From NCBI GenBank assembly GCA_032654565.1, contig JAULAX010000015.1, forward strand, positions 768,001 to 832,000: a DNA stretch of 64,000 nt, in the 5' to 3' direction. Position numbers and translations under genes: made by a program. Of this stretch, positions 9,387 through 17,428 are shown piece after piece; within the stretch, counting starts at the first letter, position 1, and every line of letters starts with the position of its first letter. Under the pieces are notes generated by a model. That model did no database searches. It had not been told where the DNA came from and worked only from the letters and a program-made list of their open reading frames with translations. This stretch comes from Anaeromyxobacteraceae bacterium. GTDB lineage: Bacteria; Myxococcota; Myxococcia; Myxococcales; Anaeromyxobacteraceae.

Positions 9387-10205
9387 ATGAAGCGCATCGC
9401 CTTCGCAGTCCTCACCGCCCTCACCCTGGCGCCGGCCGTCTCGCAGGCCGCCGTCACCGTGAAGGGCTCCGACACCATGGTCATCCTCGCCCAGCGCTGG
9501 GCCGAGAACTACATGAAGAAGAACGCCGGCAAGAAGATCCAGGTGACCGGCGGCGGCTCCGGCACCGGCATCTCGGCCCTCATCAACGGCACCACCGACG
9601 TCGCCAACTCCTCCCGCCCCATCAAGGGCGACGAGGTGGCCAAGGTCCGTGACCGGTTCAACGTCCTCCCCGCCGAGACCGCGGTGGCCAAGGACGGCGT
9701 CGCCCTCTACGTCAACGACGCCAACGGCGTCACCCAGCTCACCGTCGACCAGCTGAGGTCGATCTACCAGGGTGACGTGACCAACTGGAAGGCGGTCGGC
9801 GGCGCCGACGCCCCCATCGTCCTCTACTCCCGCGAGAACTCGTCCGGCACCTACGTCTTCTTCAAGGACAACGTGCTCAAGGGCGAGGACTACGCCGCCA
9901 GCGCCCAGACCCTCCCGGGGACGGCCGCGGTGGTCAACGCCGTCTCCAAGGAGAAGAACGGCATCGGCTACGGCGGCGCCGCGTACGCCAAGGGGGTCAA
10001 GGAGGTGAAGGTGGTCGGCAAGGACGGCCAGGCCTACCTGCCCAGCGCCGAGAACGTGAAGTCGGGCAAGTACCCGCTGTCCCGCCCGCTCTTCGTCTAC
10101 ACCCGCGGCAAGGCCACCGGCGAGACCAAGGACTTCATCGACTACTGTCTCTCCGCCGAGGGCCAGGCCATCGTCACCCAGGTGGGCTACTTCCCCGTCA
10201 AGTAA
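9387..10205 (+). CDS. pstS: Phosphate ABC transporter substrate-binding protein
   Basis: KGSDTM, GGGSGTGI, RENSSGT, YPLSRPL; RBS GAAGGAGA. Confidence 0.93.
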   Translation: MKRIAFAVLTALTLAPAVSQAAVTVKGSDTMVILAQRWAENYMKKNAGKKIQVTGGGSGTGISALINGTTDVANSSRPIKGDEVAKVRDRFNVLPAETAVAKDGVALYVNDANGVTQLTVDQLRSIYQGDVTNWKAVGGADAPIVLYSRENSSGTYVFFKDNVLKGEDYAASAQTLPGTAAVVNAVSKEKNGIGYGGAAYAKGVKEVKVVGKDGQAYLPSAENVKSGKYPLSRPLFVYTRGKATGETKDFIDYCLSAEGQAIVTQVGYFPVK

Positions 10206-10209
10206 CGGC

Positions 10210-10253
10210 GTCACATCTCCGTCACACGGCCGCCACGGACCCGACATCTGGAC
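10210..10253 (+). promoter_or_regulatory. Pho-box-like array upstream of pstC
   Basis: GTCAC(10210), GTCAC(10221), GCCAC(10232), GACAT(10243) at 11-bp period. Confidence 0.72.
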
Positions 10254-10270
10254 CTGTCAGATCGGCATCC

Positions 10271-11266
10271 GTGACGGCCATGAGCACCATCCTCAAGCAG
10301 CGCGCGGCCACCCCGGCCGCGGAGGGGCGGCGGCGGCAGGTCCAGGAGGCGGCCATCGAGCTCGGCATCACGCTCGTGGCCCTCACCGGGATCGCCGCCG
10401 TCATCCTCATCTTCGTCTTCGTGGCCCGCGAGGCCATCCCGCTCTTCTCCAACCCGGAGCTGGCCAGGGAGACCGACCTCGGTCGGATGTTCCTCCCCCA
10501 GGTCTGGCGCGCCGGCCGCCCCGCCGCCTTCATCTGGCAGCCGGTGGGCGGCATCCCCAAGTACTCGATGATCCCGCTCTTCGTCGGCACCCTGAAGGTG
10601 ACCGCGGTGGCCATGCTGGTGGCGGTGCCGGTGGGGATCGCGGCCGCGGTCTTCTCCTCCGAGTTCGCGCCGCCGCGCCTGCGCGAGGTGCTCAAGCCGG
10701 TCATCGAGCTGCTGGCCGGCATCCCCTCGGTGGTGCTGGGCTTCTTCGCGCTGGTGGTGATGGCCACCTGGCTGCAGTCGGCCTTCGGCTTCACCTCCCG
10801 CCTCAACGCCGTCGGCGCCGGCCTGGCGCTGGCCCTCACCATCATCCCGGTCATCTACACGGTCAGCGAGGACGCCCTCACCGCCGTCCCCCGCTCCTAC
10901 CGCGAGGCCTCGCTGGCGCTGGGGGCGACCCGCTGGGAGACCGCCTTCCGCGTGGTGCTGCCGGCCGCCGCCCCCGGGGTGCTGGCCGCGGTGGTGCTCG
11001 GCTTCGGCCGGGCCATCGGCGAGACCATGATCGTGCTGATGGCCTCGGGCAACGCCGCCACCACCACCTGGTCCTTTGGCGACTCGATCCGCACCCTGCC
11101 GGCCACCATCGCCGCCGAGATGGGCGAGGTGGTGGTGGGCGGCGGCCACTACGCGGTGCTCTTCTTCATCGGCGTGGAGCTCTTCGTCTTCACCTTCGTG
11201 CTCAACAGCCTGGCCGCGGTGGCGGTGCGCCGGCTGGTGCGCAAGATGTCCGGGGCGGCGGCGTGA
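10271..11266 (+). CDS. pstC: Phosphate ABC transporter permease
   Basis: [31 protein letters not shown]; start may be ATG 10280. Confidence 0.93.
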   Translation: MTAMSTILKQRAATPAAEGRRRQVQEAAIELGITLVALTGIAAVILIFVFVAREAIPLFSNPELARETDLGRMFLPQVWRAGRPAAFIWQPVGGIPKYSMIPLFVGTLKVTAVAMLVAVPVGIAAAVFSSEFAPPRLREVLKPVIELLAGIPSVVLGFFALVVMATWLQSAFGFTSRLNAVGAGLALALTIIPVIYTVSEDALTAVPRSYREASLALGATRWETAFRVVLPAAAPGVLAAVVLGFGRAIGETMIVLMASGNAATTTWSFGDSIRTLPATIAAEMGEVVVGGGHYAVLFFIGVELFVFTFVLNSLAAVAVRRLVRKMSGAAA

Positions 11267-12177
11267 AGCTGGCGACGCGCAAGCTGGTGGGGGCGGGGCT
11301 GACCGGCGCCACCGGGGCCGCGGCGCTGATCATCGTGATCATGCTGGGGTTCATCCTCTGGGACGTGGTGGCGGGCGGCTGGACCCGCCTCTCCCTCGAG
11401 TTCGTCACCCAGGCGCCCACCGAGGGCATGACCGCGGGCGGCATCTTCCCGGCCATCTACGGTACCGCCGTGCTCACCCTGCTGATGACGGTGGCGGTGA
11501 TGCCGGTGGGGGTGCTGACCGCCGTCTACCTGCACGAGTACGCCCCCCGCGACTCGCGCCTGGCCGAGCTGGTGCGGGTGGCGGTGCAGAACCTGGCCGG
11601 CGTCCCCTCCATCGTCTTCGGCCTCTTCGGCCTCGGCTTCTTCATCCAGTTCCTGGGGCGGAACCTGGACCGGGCCCTCTCCGCCGAGGGGGTGCTCCGC
11701 TTCGGCCAGCCGGCGCTGGTCTGGGCGGCGCTGACCCTGGCGGTGCTGACGCTGCCGGTGGTGATCGTCTCCACCGAGGAGGCGCTGCGGGCGGTGCCGC
11801 GCGAGTGGCGCGACGCCTCGCTGGCGCTGGGGGCCACCAGGTCGCAGACCCTGGCCCGGGTCATCCTGCCCAGCGCCGTCCCCGGCATCCTCACCGGGGC
11901 CATCCTGGCGGTGGCCCGCGGCGCCGGCGAGGTGGCCCCCATCCTCTTCACCGGGGTGGCCTACTTCCTCCCCGACCTCCCCAACGGCCCGTTCAGCCAG
12001 TTCATGCACCTCGGCTACCATGTGTACGTGCTGGCCACCCAGTCCACCGATGTCGAGGCCACCAAGCCGCTCCTCTACGCCACCGTCCTCGTGCTCCTCT
12101 CCCTGACCTTCCTCCTCAACCTGATCGCCATCGTGCTGCGGGCGCGCACCCGCCGCGCCGCCGCCGCCGGCACCTGA
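11263..12177 (+). CDS. pstA: Phosphate ABC transporter permease
   Basis: [32 protein letters not shown]. Confidence 0.93.
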   Translation: MKLATRKLVGAGLTGATGAAALIIVIMLGFILWDVVAGGWTRLSLEFVTQAPTEGMTAGGIFPAIYGTAVLTLLMTVAVMPVGVLTAVYLHEYAPRDSRLAELVRVAVQNLAGVPSIVFGLFGLGFFIQFLGRNLDRALSAEGVLRFGQPALVWAALTLAVLTLPVVIVSTEEALRAVPREWRDASLALGATRSQTLARVILPSAVPGILTGAILAVARGAGEVAPILFTGVAYFLPDLPNGPFSQFMHLGYHVYVLATQSTDVEATKPLLYATVLVLLSLTFLLNLIAIVLRARTRRAAAAGT

Positions 12178-12181
12178 GCCC

Positions 12182-12967
12182 ATGAGCCCCGACACCGCCA
12201 CCGCCGCCGCGCCGCGTCCCAAGATGGAGGCGAGGAAGCTGCAGATCGCCTACGGCACCAAGGTCGCCGTCAAGGACGTCGACCTGGTCCTGCCCGAGAA
12301 GCGGGTGACCGCCCTGATCGGACCCTCCGGCTGCGGCAAGTCCACCTTCCTGCGCGCCCTCAACCGGATGAACGACCTCATCCCCGGCGCCACCATGCAG
12401 GGCGAGGTGCTGCTCGACGGGGAGAGCGTGGTGGACGGCCGGCTCGACGCGGTGGAGCTGCGCCGGCGGGTGGGCATGGTCTTCCAGAAGTCCAACCCCT
12501 TCCCCAAGTCGATCTTCGAGAACGTCGCCTACGGGCTGCGGGTGGCGGGGATGAACGACAAGGGGCTGCTGCTGGAGCGGGTCATCCGCTCGCTGCAGGG
12601 GTCGGCCCTCTGGGACGAGGTCAAGGACCGGCTCCACGAGAGCGCCATGGGGCTCTCCGGCGGGCAGCAGCAGCGGCTCTGCATCGCCCGGGCCCTGGCC
12701 ATCCAGCCGGAGGTGCTGCTCATGGACGAGCCGGCCTCGGCCCTCGACCCCATCGCCACCGCCAAGATCGAGGACCTGATCCACGAGCTGAAGGCCAAGT
12801 ACACCATCGCCATCGTCACCCACAACATGCAGCAGGCGGCCCGGGTCTCGGACCAGACCGCCTTCTTCTACATGGGCGAGCTGGTCGAGGTGGGGCCCAC
12901 CGAGCAGATCTTCACCAACCCCCGCGAGCCGCGGACCGAGGACTACGTCACCGGCAAGTTCGGGTAG
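12182..12967 (+). CDS. pstB: Phosphate ABC transporter ATPase
   Basis: [39 protein letters not shown]. Confidence 0.96.
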   Translation: MSPDTATAAAPRPKMEARKLQIAYGTKVAVKDVDLVLPEKRVTALIGPSGCGKSTFLRALNRMNDLIPGATMQGEVLLDGESVVDGRLDAVELRRRVGMVFQKSNPFPKSIFENVAYGLRVAGMNDKGLLLERVIRSLQGSALWDEVKDRLHESAMGLSGGQQQRLCIARALAIQPEVLLMDEPASALDPIATAKIEDLIHELKAKYTIAIVTHNMQQAARVSDQTAFFYMGELVEVGPTEQIFTNPREPRTEDYVTGKFG

Positions 12968-13000
12968 CGTGGGGCGCGGCGCCAGGGATCGGGAGCAGAC

Positions 13001-13678
13001 ATGGTCAAGACCCACATCGACAAGACGTACGAGGCCGAGCTGACGGCGCTGCGCGAGCAGCTGCTGGAGATGGGCGGCCTCGTCGAGGCGGCCATCGCCG
13101 CCAGCGTGCGGGCCATCATCGAGCGCGACGGCGCCCTGGCCGAGCAGGTGGTCAGGCGGGACCGGGTCGTCAACCGCATGGAGGTGGACATCGACGGCGC
13201 CTGCCGGCGCCTGCTGGCGCTGCGCCAGCCGGCCGCCAGCGACCTGCGCTTCATCACCACGGCGCTCAAGATCGTCACCGACCTGGAGCGCATGGGCGAC
13301 CTGGCGGTCAACATCGCCCGGCGGGCCGTCGACCTGTCCCAGGCCCCGGCGCTCAAGCCGCTGCACGACCTGGGGCGGCTGGCGGCGCTCAGCGAGGCGG
13401 CGCTGGCCAAGGCGCTCGACGCCTTCGTCACCGCCGACCCGGTCAAGGCCGAGGAGGTGCTGGAGGCCGACGACCACCTCGACGCCCTCTACCTCAAGGT
13501 CTTCAACGAGCTGCTCACCACCATGATGGAGGACCCGCGGGCCATCCGCCGGGCCACCTCGCTGATGTTCTCGGCCAAGCACCTGGAGCGCTTCGGCGAC
13601 CACGCCACCAACCTGGCCGAGATGGTCATCTTCATGGTGCGCGGCACCGACGTGCGCCACGCCAAGAACAAGGACTGA
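13001..13678 (+). CDS. phoU: Phosphate signalling complex protein
   Basis: QPAASDLR, DLERMGDLA, LERFGDHATNLAE. Confidence 0.95.
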   Translation: MVKTHIDKTYEAELTALREQLLEMGGLVEAAIAASVRAIIERDGALAEQVVRRDRVVNRMEVDIDGACRRLLALRQPAASDLRFITTALKIVTDLERMGDLAVNIARRAVDLSQAPALKPLHDLGRLAALSEAALAKALDAFVTADPVKAEEVLEADDHLDALYLKVFNELLTTMMEDPRAIRRATSLMFSAKHLERFGDHATNLAEMVIFMVRGTDVRHAKNKD

Positions 13679-13850
13679 GCGGGGCGACACGGCCCGTCGG
13701 GACCGGACCACGACGGCCGCCTCCACGGGACCATGGAAGGCCGCCGCGACGGGACGTCGTCGACCGAAGCGCGAGCTTCGCAGCCCCAGTCCCGCCCGCC
13801 CTGGCGGAACCGCACCTGGCGAGAAGGCGCGCCGAAGGCGGGACGAGCGC

Positions 13851-13930
13851 AGAGGTCGGCGGCGCCCCGGCACGGCAGGCCGATCCCGGTGAGGGTCCGC
13901 GGCGCCCTGGCAAGGCGGGCCGATCCCGGT
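13851..13930 (+). repeat. Two imperfect tandem copies of a ~40-bp unit
   Basis: ggcgccccggcacggcaggccgatcccggt (13861) and ggcgccctggcaaggcgggccgatcccggt (13901). Confidence 0.8.
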
Positions 13931-13933
13931 CGA

Positions 13934-14536
13934 CTAGAAGAGCAGGTGCGTCGCCAGCCCGGCCATGCTGCCGAGCAGCGCCCCGGCCCCCACGTCGAGC
14001 GGGTAGTGCGCGCCCAGGTAGACCCGCGAGGCGCCGATGCCGACCGCCAGCCCCAGGAACAGGTACCCGAGGCCCAGCGGGGCGCCGACGAAGGCCAGCG
14101 CCACCGCGAAGGCGGCGCAGGTGTGGCCGGAGGGGAAGCTGAAGCGGTCCGGGTTGGCCGCCTCGGGGACGAAGCCGGCGATGGCCAGGTCGGGGCGGGC
14201 CCGGTGCAGGAGCCGCTTGAGCGCCTGCGACAGCACCGTGGCCAGCAGGGCGGCGGCGCCGAGGCGGAGCCCCAGCCTGGTGCCGACCGGCGTGAACGTC
14301 GCGAAGAAGCAGAGCCCCACGAACGTCCAGCCGCTGGCGTCGCCCAGCCGGGTGAGCGCCCGCGCCACCGAGGTCCTCCGCGGGGAGCGCCACCGGCGCG
14401 CCGCGAGGAGGGTCGCCTGGTCCCAGGCCAGCAGCCGGGCGAAGGCCCCGGTGGTGGTCGGGTGGACGCCGGCGGTGCCCCCGGGGGAGATCGCCAGCGG
14501 CTGCGGGCCGTGCTGCTGCTGTGAGGTGGCTTCCAT
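13934..14536 (-). CDS. PAP2-family membrane phosphatase
   Basis: KRLLHRARP, SFPSGH, SRVYLGAHYPLDV motifs. Confidence 0.92.
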   Translation of the reverse strand: MEATSQQQHGPQPLAISPGGTAGVHPTTTGAFARLLAWDQATLLAARRWRSPRRTSVARALTRLGDASGWTFVGLCFFATFTPVGTRLGLRLGAAALLATVLSQALKRLLHRARPDLAIAGFVPEAANPDRFSFPSGHTCAAFAVALAFVGAPLGLGYLFLGLAVGIGASRVYLGAHYPLDVGAGALLGSMAGLATHLLF

Positions 14537-14542
14537 CGCTGG

Positions 14543-14602
14543 ACTCTAGATACGTGGCCGAGGTGTCGGCACCGAGGCTCCAGTGCAAACTCCGTGTGAC
14601 GG
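14543..14602 (-). promoter_or_regulatory. Pho-box-like array plus -10 box for the PAP2 gene
   Basis: Minus strand GTCAC(14600), TTTGC(14589), GCCTC(14578), GACAC(14567) at 11-bp period; TAGAGT at 14548-14543, 6 nt before ATG. Confidence 0.6.
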
Positions 14603-14800
14603 CCGGTCCGCGCCGTGGGGAGGCCGGCGTACCGTGGTCGAGGGGCCCGTCGGGGCGGGCGGGGTCCGGATCAGGACGGACAGTACGGCTGGAGGCCGGG
14701 CGGAGGCACGTGCCGGGCCTGGAGCGGCTTCCAGATCGGGTCGGCCCAGTTGACCCTGGGTCGCCCAGGCCCGTGGCCCGCGGGCCGGCGGCCCCCGATC

Positions 14801-15754
14801 CTAGAGCCGGTAGTCGAGGAGCTGGCAGGCCAGTCCGCCGTTGACGATCGGGAGGACCGTCCGCGGCGTGCCCGGCAGCAGCCGCTCCAGCCCCCGGTCG
14901 GGGCCGAGCACCGTCAGCTCCCAGCCGGGGAGGCGGGCCGCCAGCAGGGCCAGCGCCCGCCAGGCGCCGGCGGCGTCGTCGTCGAGCCGCACGCCGAAGG
15001 GCGGGTTGACGGCGCAGAGCCCGGCCCCGCCGGGGGGCGGCACCACGGCGGCGGCGTCGGCCCGCTCGAAGCGGACCAGCCCCTCGACCCCGGCGGCGGC
15101 GGCGTTCTTCTGGGCCAGCCGCAGCACCCCCATGTTCCGGTCGGAGGCGTGGATGGGCGCGGTGACCGGCCGGGCCTCGGCGCGGAGCCGCTCGCGCAGC
15201 CGCGCGGTGCGGCGGGCGTCGTGGCCGGGGAAGCGCTCGAAGGCGAAGGTCCGGTCCAGCCCCGGGGCCCGGCGCCCCGCCATCAGCGCCGCCTCGATGG
15301 CCAGCGTCCCGGAGCCGCACATGGGATCGAGGAAGGGGCGGTCGCCGCTCCAGCCGGCCACCCGCAGCAGGGCGGCGGCGATGGTCTCGCGCAGCGGCGC
15401 CGCGCCGATGCGGGCCCGCCAACCGCGGCGGTGGAGCGGCTCGCCGGCCGCCTCCACCGAGAGCGAGACCGTGCCCCCGGCGCGGCGGACGTGCAGGTCG
15501 GCGGCGGCGCCGAAGCGGCGCAGCGCCTCGGCGCGGGCGGCCGCGAAACCGTCGCTGCGGCCGTCGTAGACGCGGAGCCGGACCGTCTCGGCCACCCGCG
15601 AGGCCAGGCAGACCAGCGCCAGCCCGTCCTCGCCGCGGGCCTCGACGCCGCCCGGGGTTTCGGTGGCGTCCAGCCCCAGCTCGCGCAGCTCCGCCGCCAG
15701 CACCGGCTCGAGGCCGGGGGCGCAGGCGGCGAAGACGATGGGGGGGTGGGCCAC
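14801..15754 (-). CDS. Second RlmL-like RNA methyltransferase with a shortened THUMP region
   Basis: FAACAPGLE, GEPLHRRGWR, APLRETIAAA, DPMCGSGT, NPPFGVRL. Confidence 0.85.
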   Translation of the reverse strand: MAHPPIVFAACAPGLEPVLAAELRELGLDATETPGGVEARGEDGLALVCLASRVAETVRLRVYDGRSDGFAAARAEALRRFGAAADLHVRRAGGTVSLSVEAAGEPLHRRGWRARIGAAPLRETIAAALLRVAGWSGDRPFLDPMCGSGTLAIEAALMAGRRAPGLDRTFAFERFPGHDARRTARLRERLRAEARPVTAPIHASDRNMGVLRLAQKNAAAAGVEGLVRFERADAAAVVPPPGGAGLCAVNPPFGVRLDDDAAGAWRALALLAARLPGWELTVLGPDRGLERLLPGTPRTVLPIVNGGLACQLLDYRL

Positions 15755-15886
15755 GCGTCATCTTAGTGCCCCGCCCCGGGCAAGACGAACCGGGATGAAG
15801 CGATCGTGGCGGAGAGCCGCGGCGAGCCCCGCGCCACCAGCCGCGTCGCACGGCCCGGTCGGCGCCCGGTCCGGCGGACCGCCCGG

Positions 15887-16510
15887 TCAGTGCGGACGGG
15901 GGCGGATCAAGGTGTCGACCAGCTGCTTCAGCTTCTCCACCTCGTGCTCCAGCTCGGTGACCCGGTCGACCAGCTCCTCGGTGGCGCTGCCCCCCTCGGA
16001 GGGGTCGCGGGTGTTGCGGGTGATGCTGAGGGTCCCGCCGCCGGGCACGGCCTCGGGCGCCGCCTCGCCGTAGTAGACGCGCCGGATGGCCCGCTCGATG
16101 GAAGAGGAGGTGGCCACGTAGACCTCGACCTGGAGGCCGGAGGCCCGCCGCGCCTCGGCCAGGGCCTCGGTCATGGTGGGGTCGAAGCAGGCCAGCAGCA
16201 GCCGCTTCGGCTCGTCGCGACGGCCCAGCGGCATGATCCCGTACTGCTCGGCCACGCCCAGCGGCAGCAGCTGGCTGACGCCGGGGGCGAGGTCGAGGCG
16301 GTCGAGGTCGACGAGGCGCAGGCCGAGCTGCCGGGCGATGGCGGAGGCCAGCGTGCCCTCCTGCACCAGGCCGAGGTTGAGCAGGGTCTGGCCGAGCCGG
16401 CCGCCCCAGGCCGACTGCTCGGCGAGGGCGCGCTCCAGCTGCTCGCGGGTGAGGACGCGGGCGTCGACCAGGACGTCGCCGAGGCGAGAGCGGGTGGTCG
16501 TGGTGGCCAT
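15887..16510 (-). CDS. Stand-alone MshEN/GspE N-terminal domain protein
   Basis: Tandem RLGDVLVDA...LERAL and RLGQTLLNLG motifs, ACFDP, IERAIRRVY, C-terminal coiled coil; no ATPase domain. Confidence 0.8.
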   Translation of the reverse strand: MATTTTRSRLGDVLVDARVLTREQLERALAEQSAWGGRLGQTLLNLGLVQEGTLASAIARQLGLRLVDLDRLDLAPGVSQLLPLGVAEQYGIMPLGRRDEPKRLLLACFDPTMTEALAEARRASGLQVEVYVATSSSIERAIRRVYYGEAAPEAVPGGGTLSITRNTRDPSEGGSATEELVDRVTELEHEVEKLKQLVDTLIRPRPH

Positions 16511-16553
16511 GCGGCACCTTCCCGGGGTGACCGACGGGTCCCCCGGGGACAGT

Positions 16554-17330
16554 CTACCGGTGAAGCGGCGCCGAGGGCAGGGCCAGCAGGTCGAGCCGCT
16601 TCCCGCGCATGACCTCGGCGGGGCTGAGCGGTTCCGCCGCACCCTCTCCGCCGGGGGGTGGCGAGCGCTCCACCCGGTAGCCGAGCCCGTCGAGGGCCGC
16701 GAGCAGCGCCTGGCGCTGTGGCCGGCGGGCGCCGCGCTCCACCACGATCCGCAGCAGCGGGCGGCGCGCGGAGAGGAGCGGCTGGAGCCCCTCCAGCAGC
16801 GAGGGGCCGGCGGCGCCGAAGGGGAGCGAGATCCAGCGGAGCCGGTCGACCAGCCCGGCGTGGCGAGCCCGCAGGAAGGGCTCGAGCGGGTGGGCCTCGA
16901 CGCCGAAGGGGGGCGGGGCGGCGCCGTCGTGGGCCACCGCCACGAGGTGCGGGAGGAGGCGGAGCCGGTCGCGGTTGAGGGCGGCGTTGGCGGCCAGCAC
17001 CGGGAAGAGGCCCCGGTCGGCCTCCAGCGCCACCACCGCGCCGGTGGGCCCGACCGCCAGCCCCAGCTCGATGGCCTCGGCCCCCTCGGCGGCGCCGATC
17101 ACCACCGCCACGTCGCCGGGGGCGAGGTGGGCCTGCAGCGCCGTCACCCGGGCCGCCTCGACGGTGGCCGGGGCGCGCCGGGCCTCGGGGTGGAGCCAGC
17201 GGGCCAGCCGCACCGGGTCGAACCCGGGCAGGTCCACGGTCACCACCTCGTGGCCGTGCACCGGCGTGGGCGACGACCGCCAGCCGAGGCGGGAGAGGAT
17301 GGGGCGGGACGTCAGGCGGGGTTCGCTCAC
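16554..17330 (-). CDS. Hypothetical protein, degenerate FkbM-like methyltransferase fold
   Basis: PGDVAVVIGAAEG...AVGPTGAVVALEA...LAANAALN resembles the FkbM motif I region; start uncertain. Confidence 0.55.
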   Translation of the reverse strand: MSEPRLTSRPILSRLGWRSSPTPVHGHEVVTVDLPGFDPVRLARWLHPEARRAPATVEAARVTALQAHLAPGDVAVVIGAAEGAEAIELGLAVGPTGAVVALEADRGLFPVLAANAALNRDRLRLLPHLVAVAHDGAAPPPFGVEAHPLEPFLRARHAGLVDRLRWISLPFGAAGPSLLEGLQPLLSARRPLLRIVVERGARRPQRQALLAALDGLGYRVERSPPPGGEGAAEPLSPAEVMRGKRLDLLALPSAPLHR

Positions 17331-17428
17331 GGGTGGACCGGCCCCTTGATTACCACGCCCCGGCCGGTGCGGAAGCCGCCCCGGAGAGGTTGGCGCGCCG
17401 CCGCGACTTTGGTTAGGGTGCCCTGCCA

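Noticed and set aside
13851..13930. Possible mini-CRISPR
   Set aside because: Only two imperfect units with ~10-nt similar linkers, and no cas genes.
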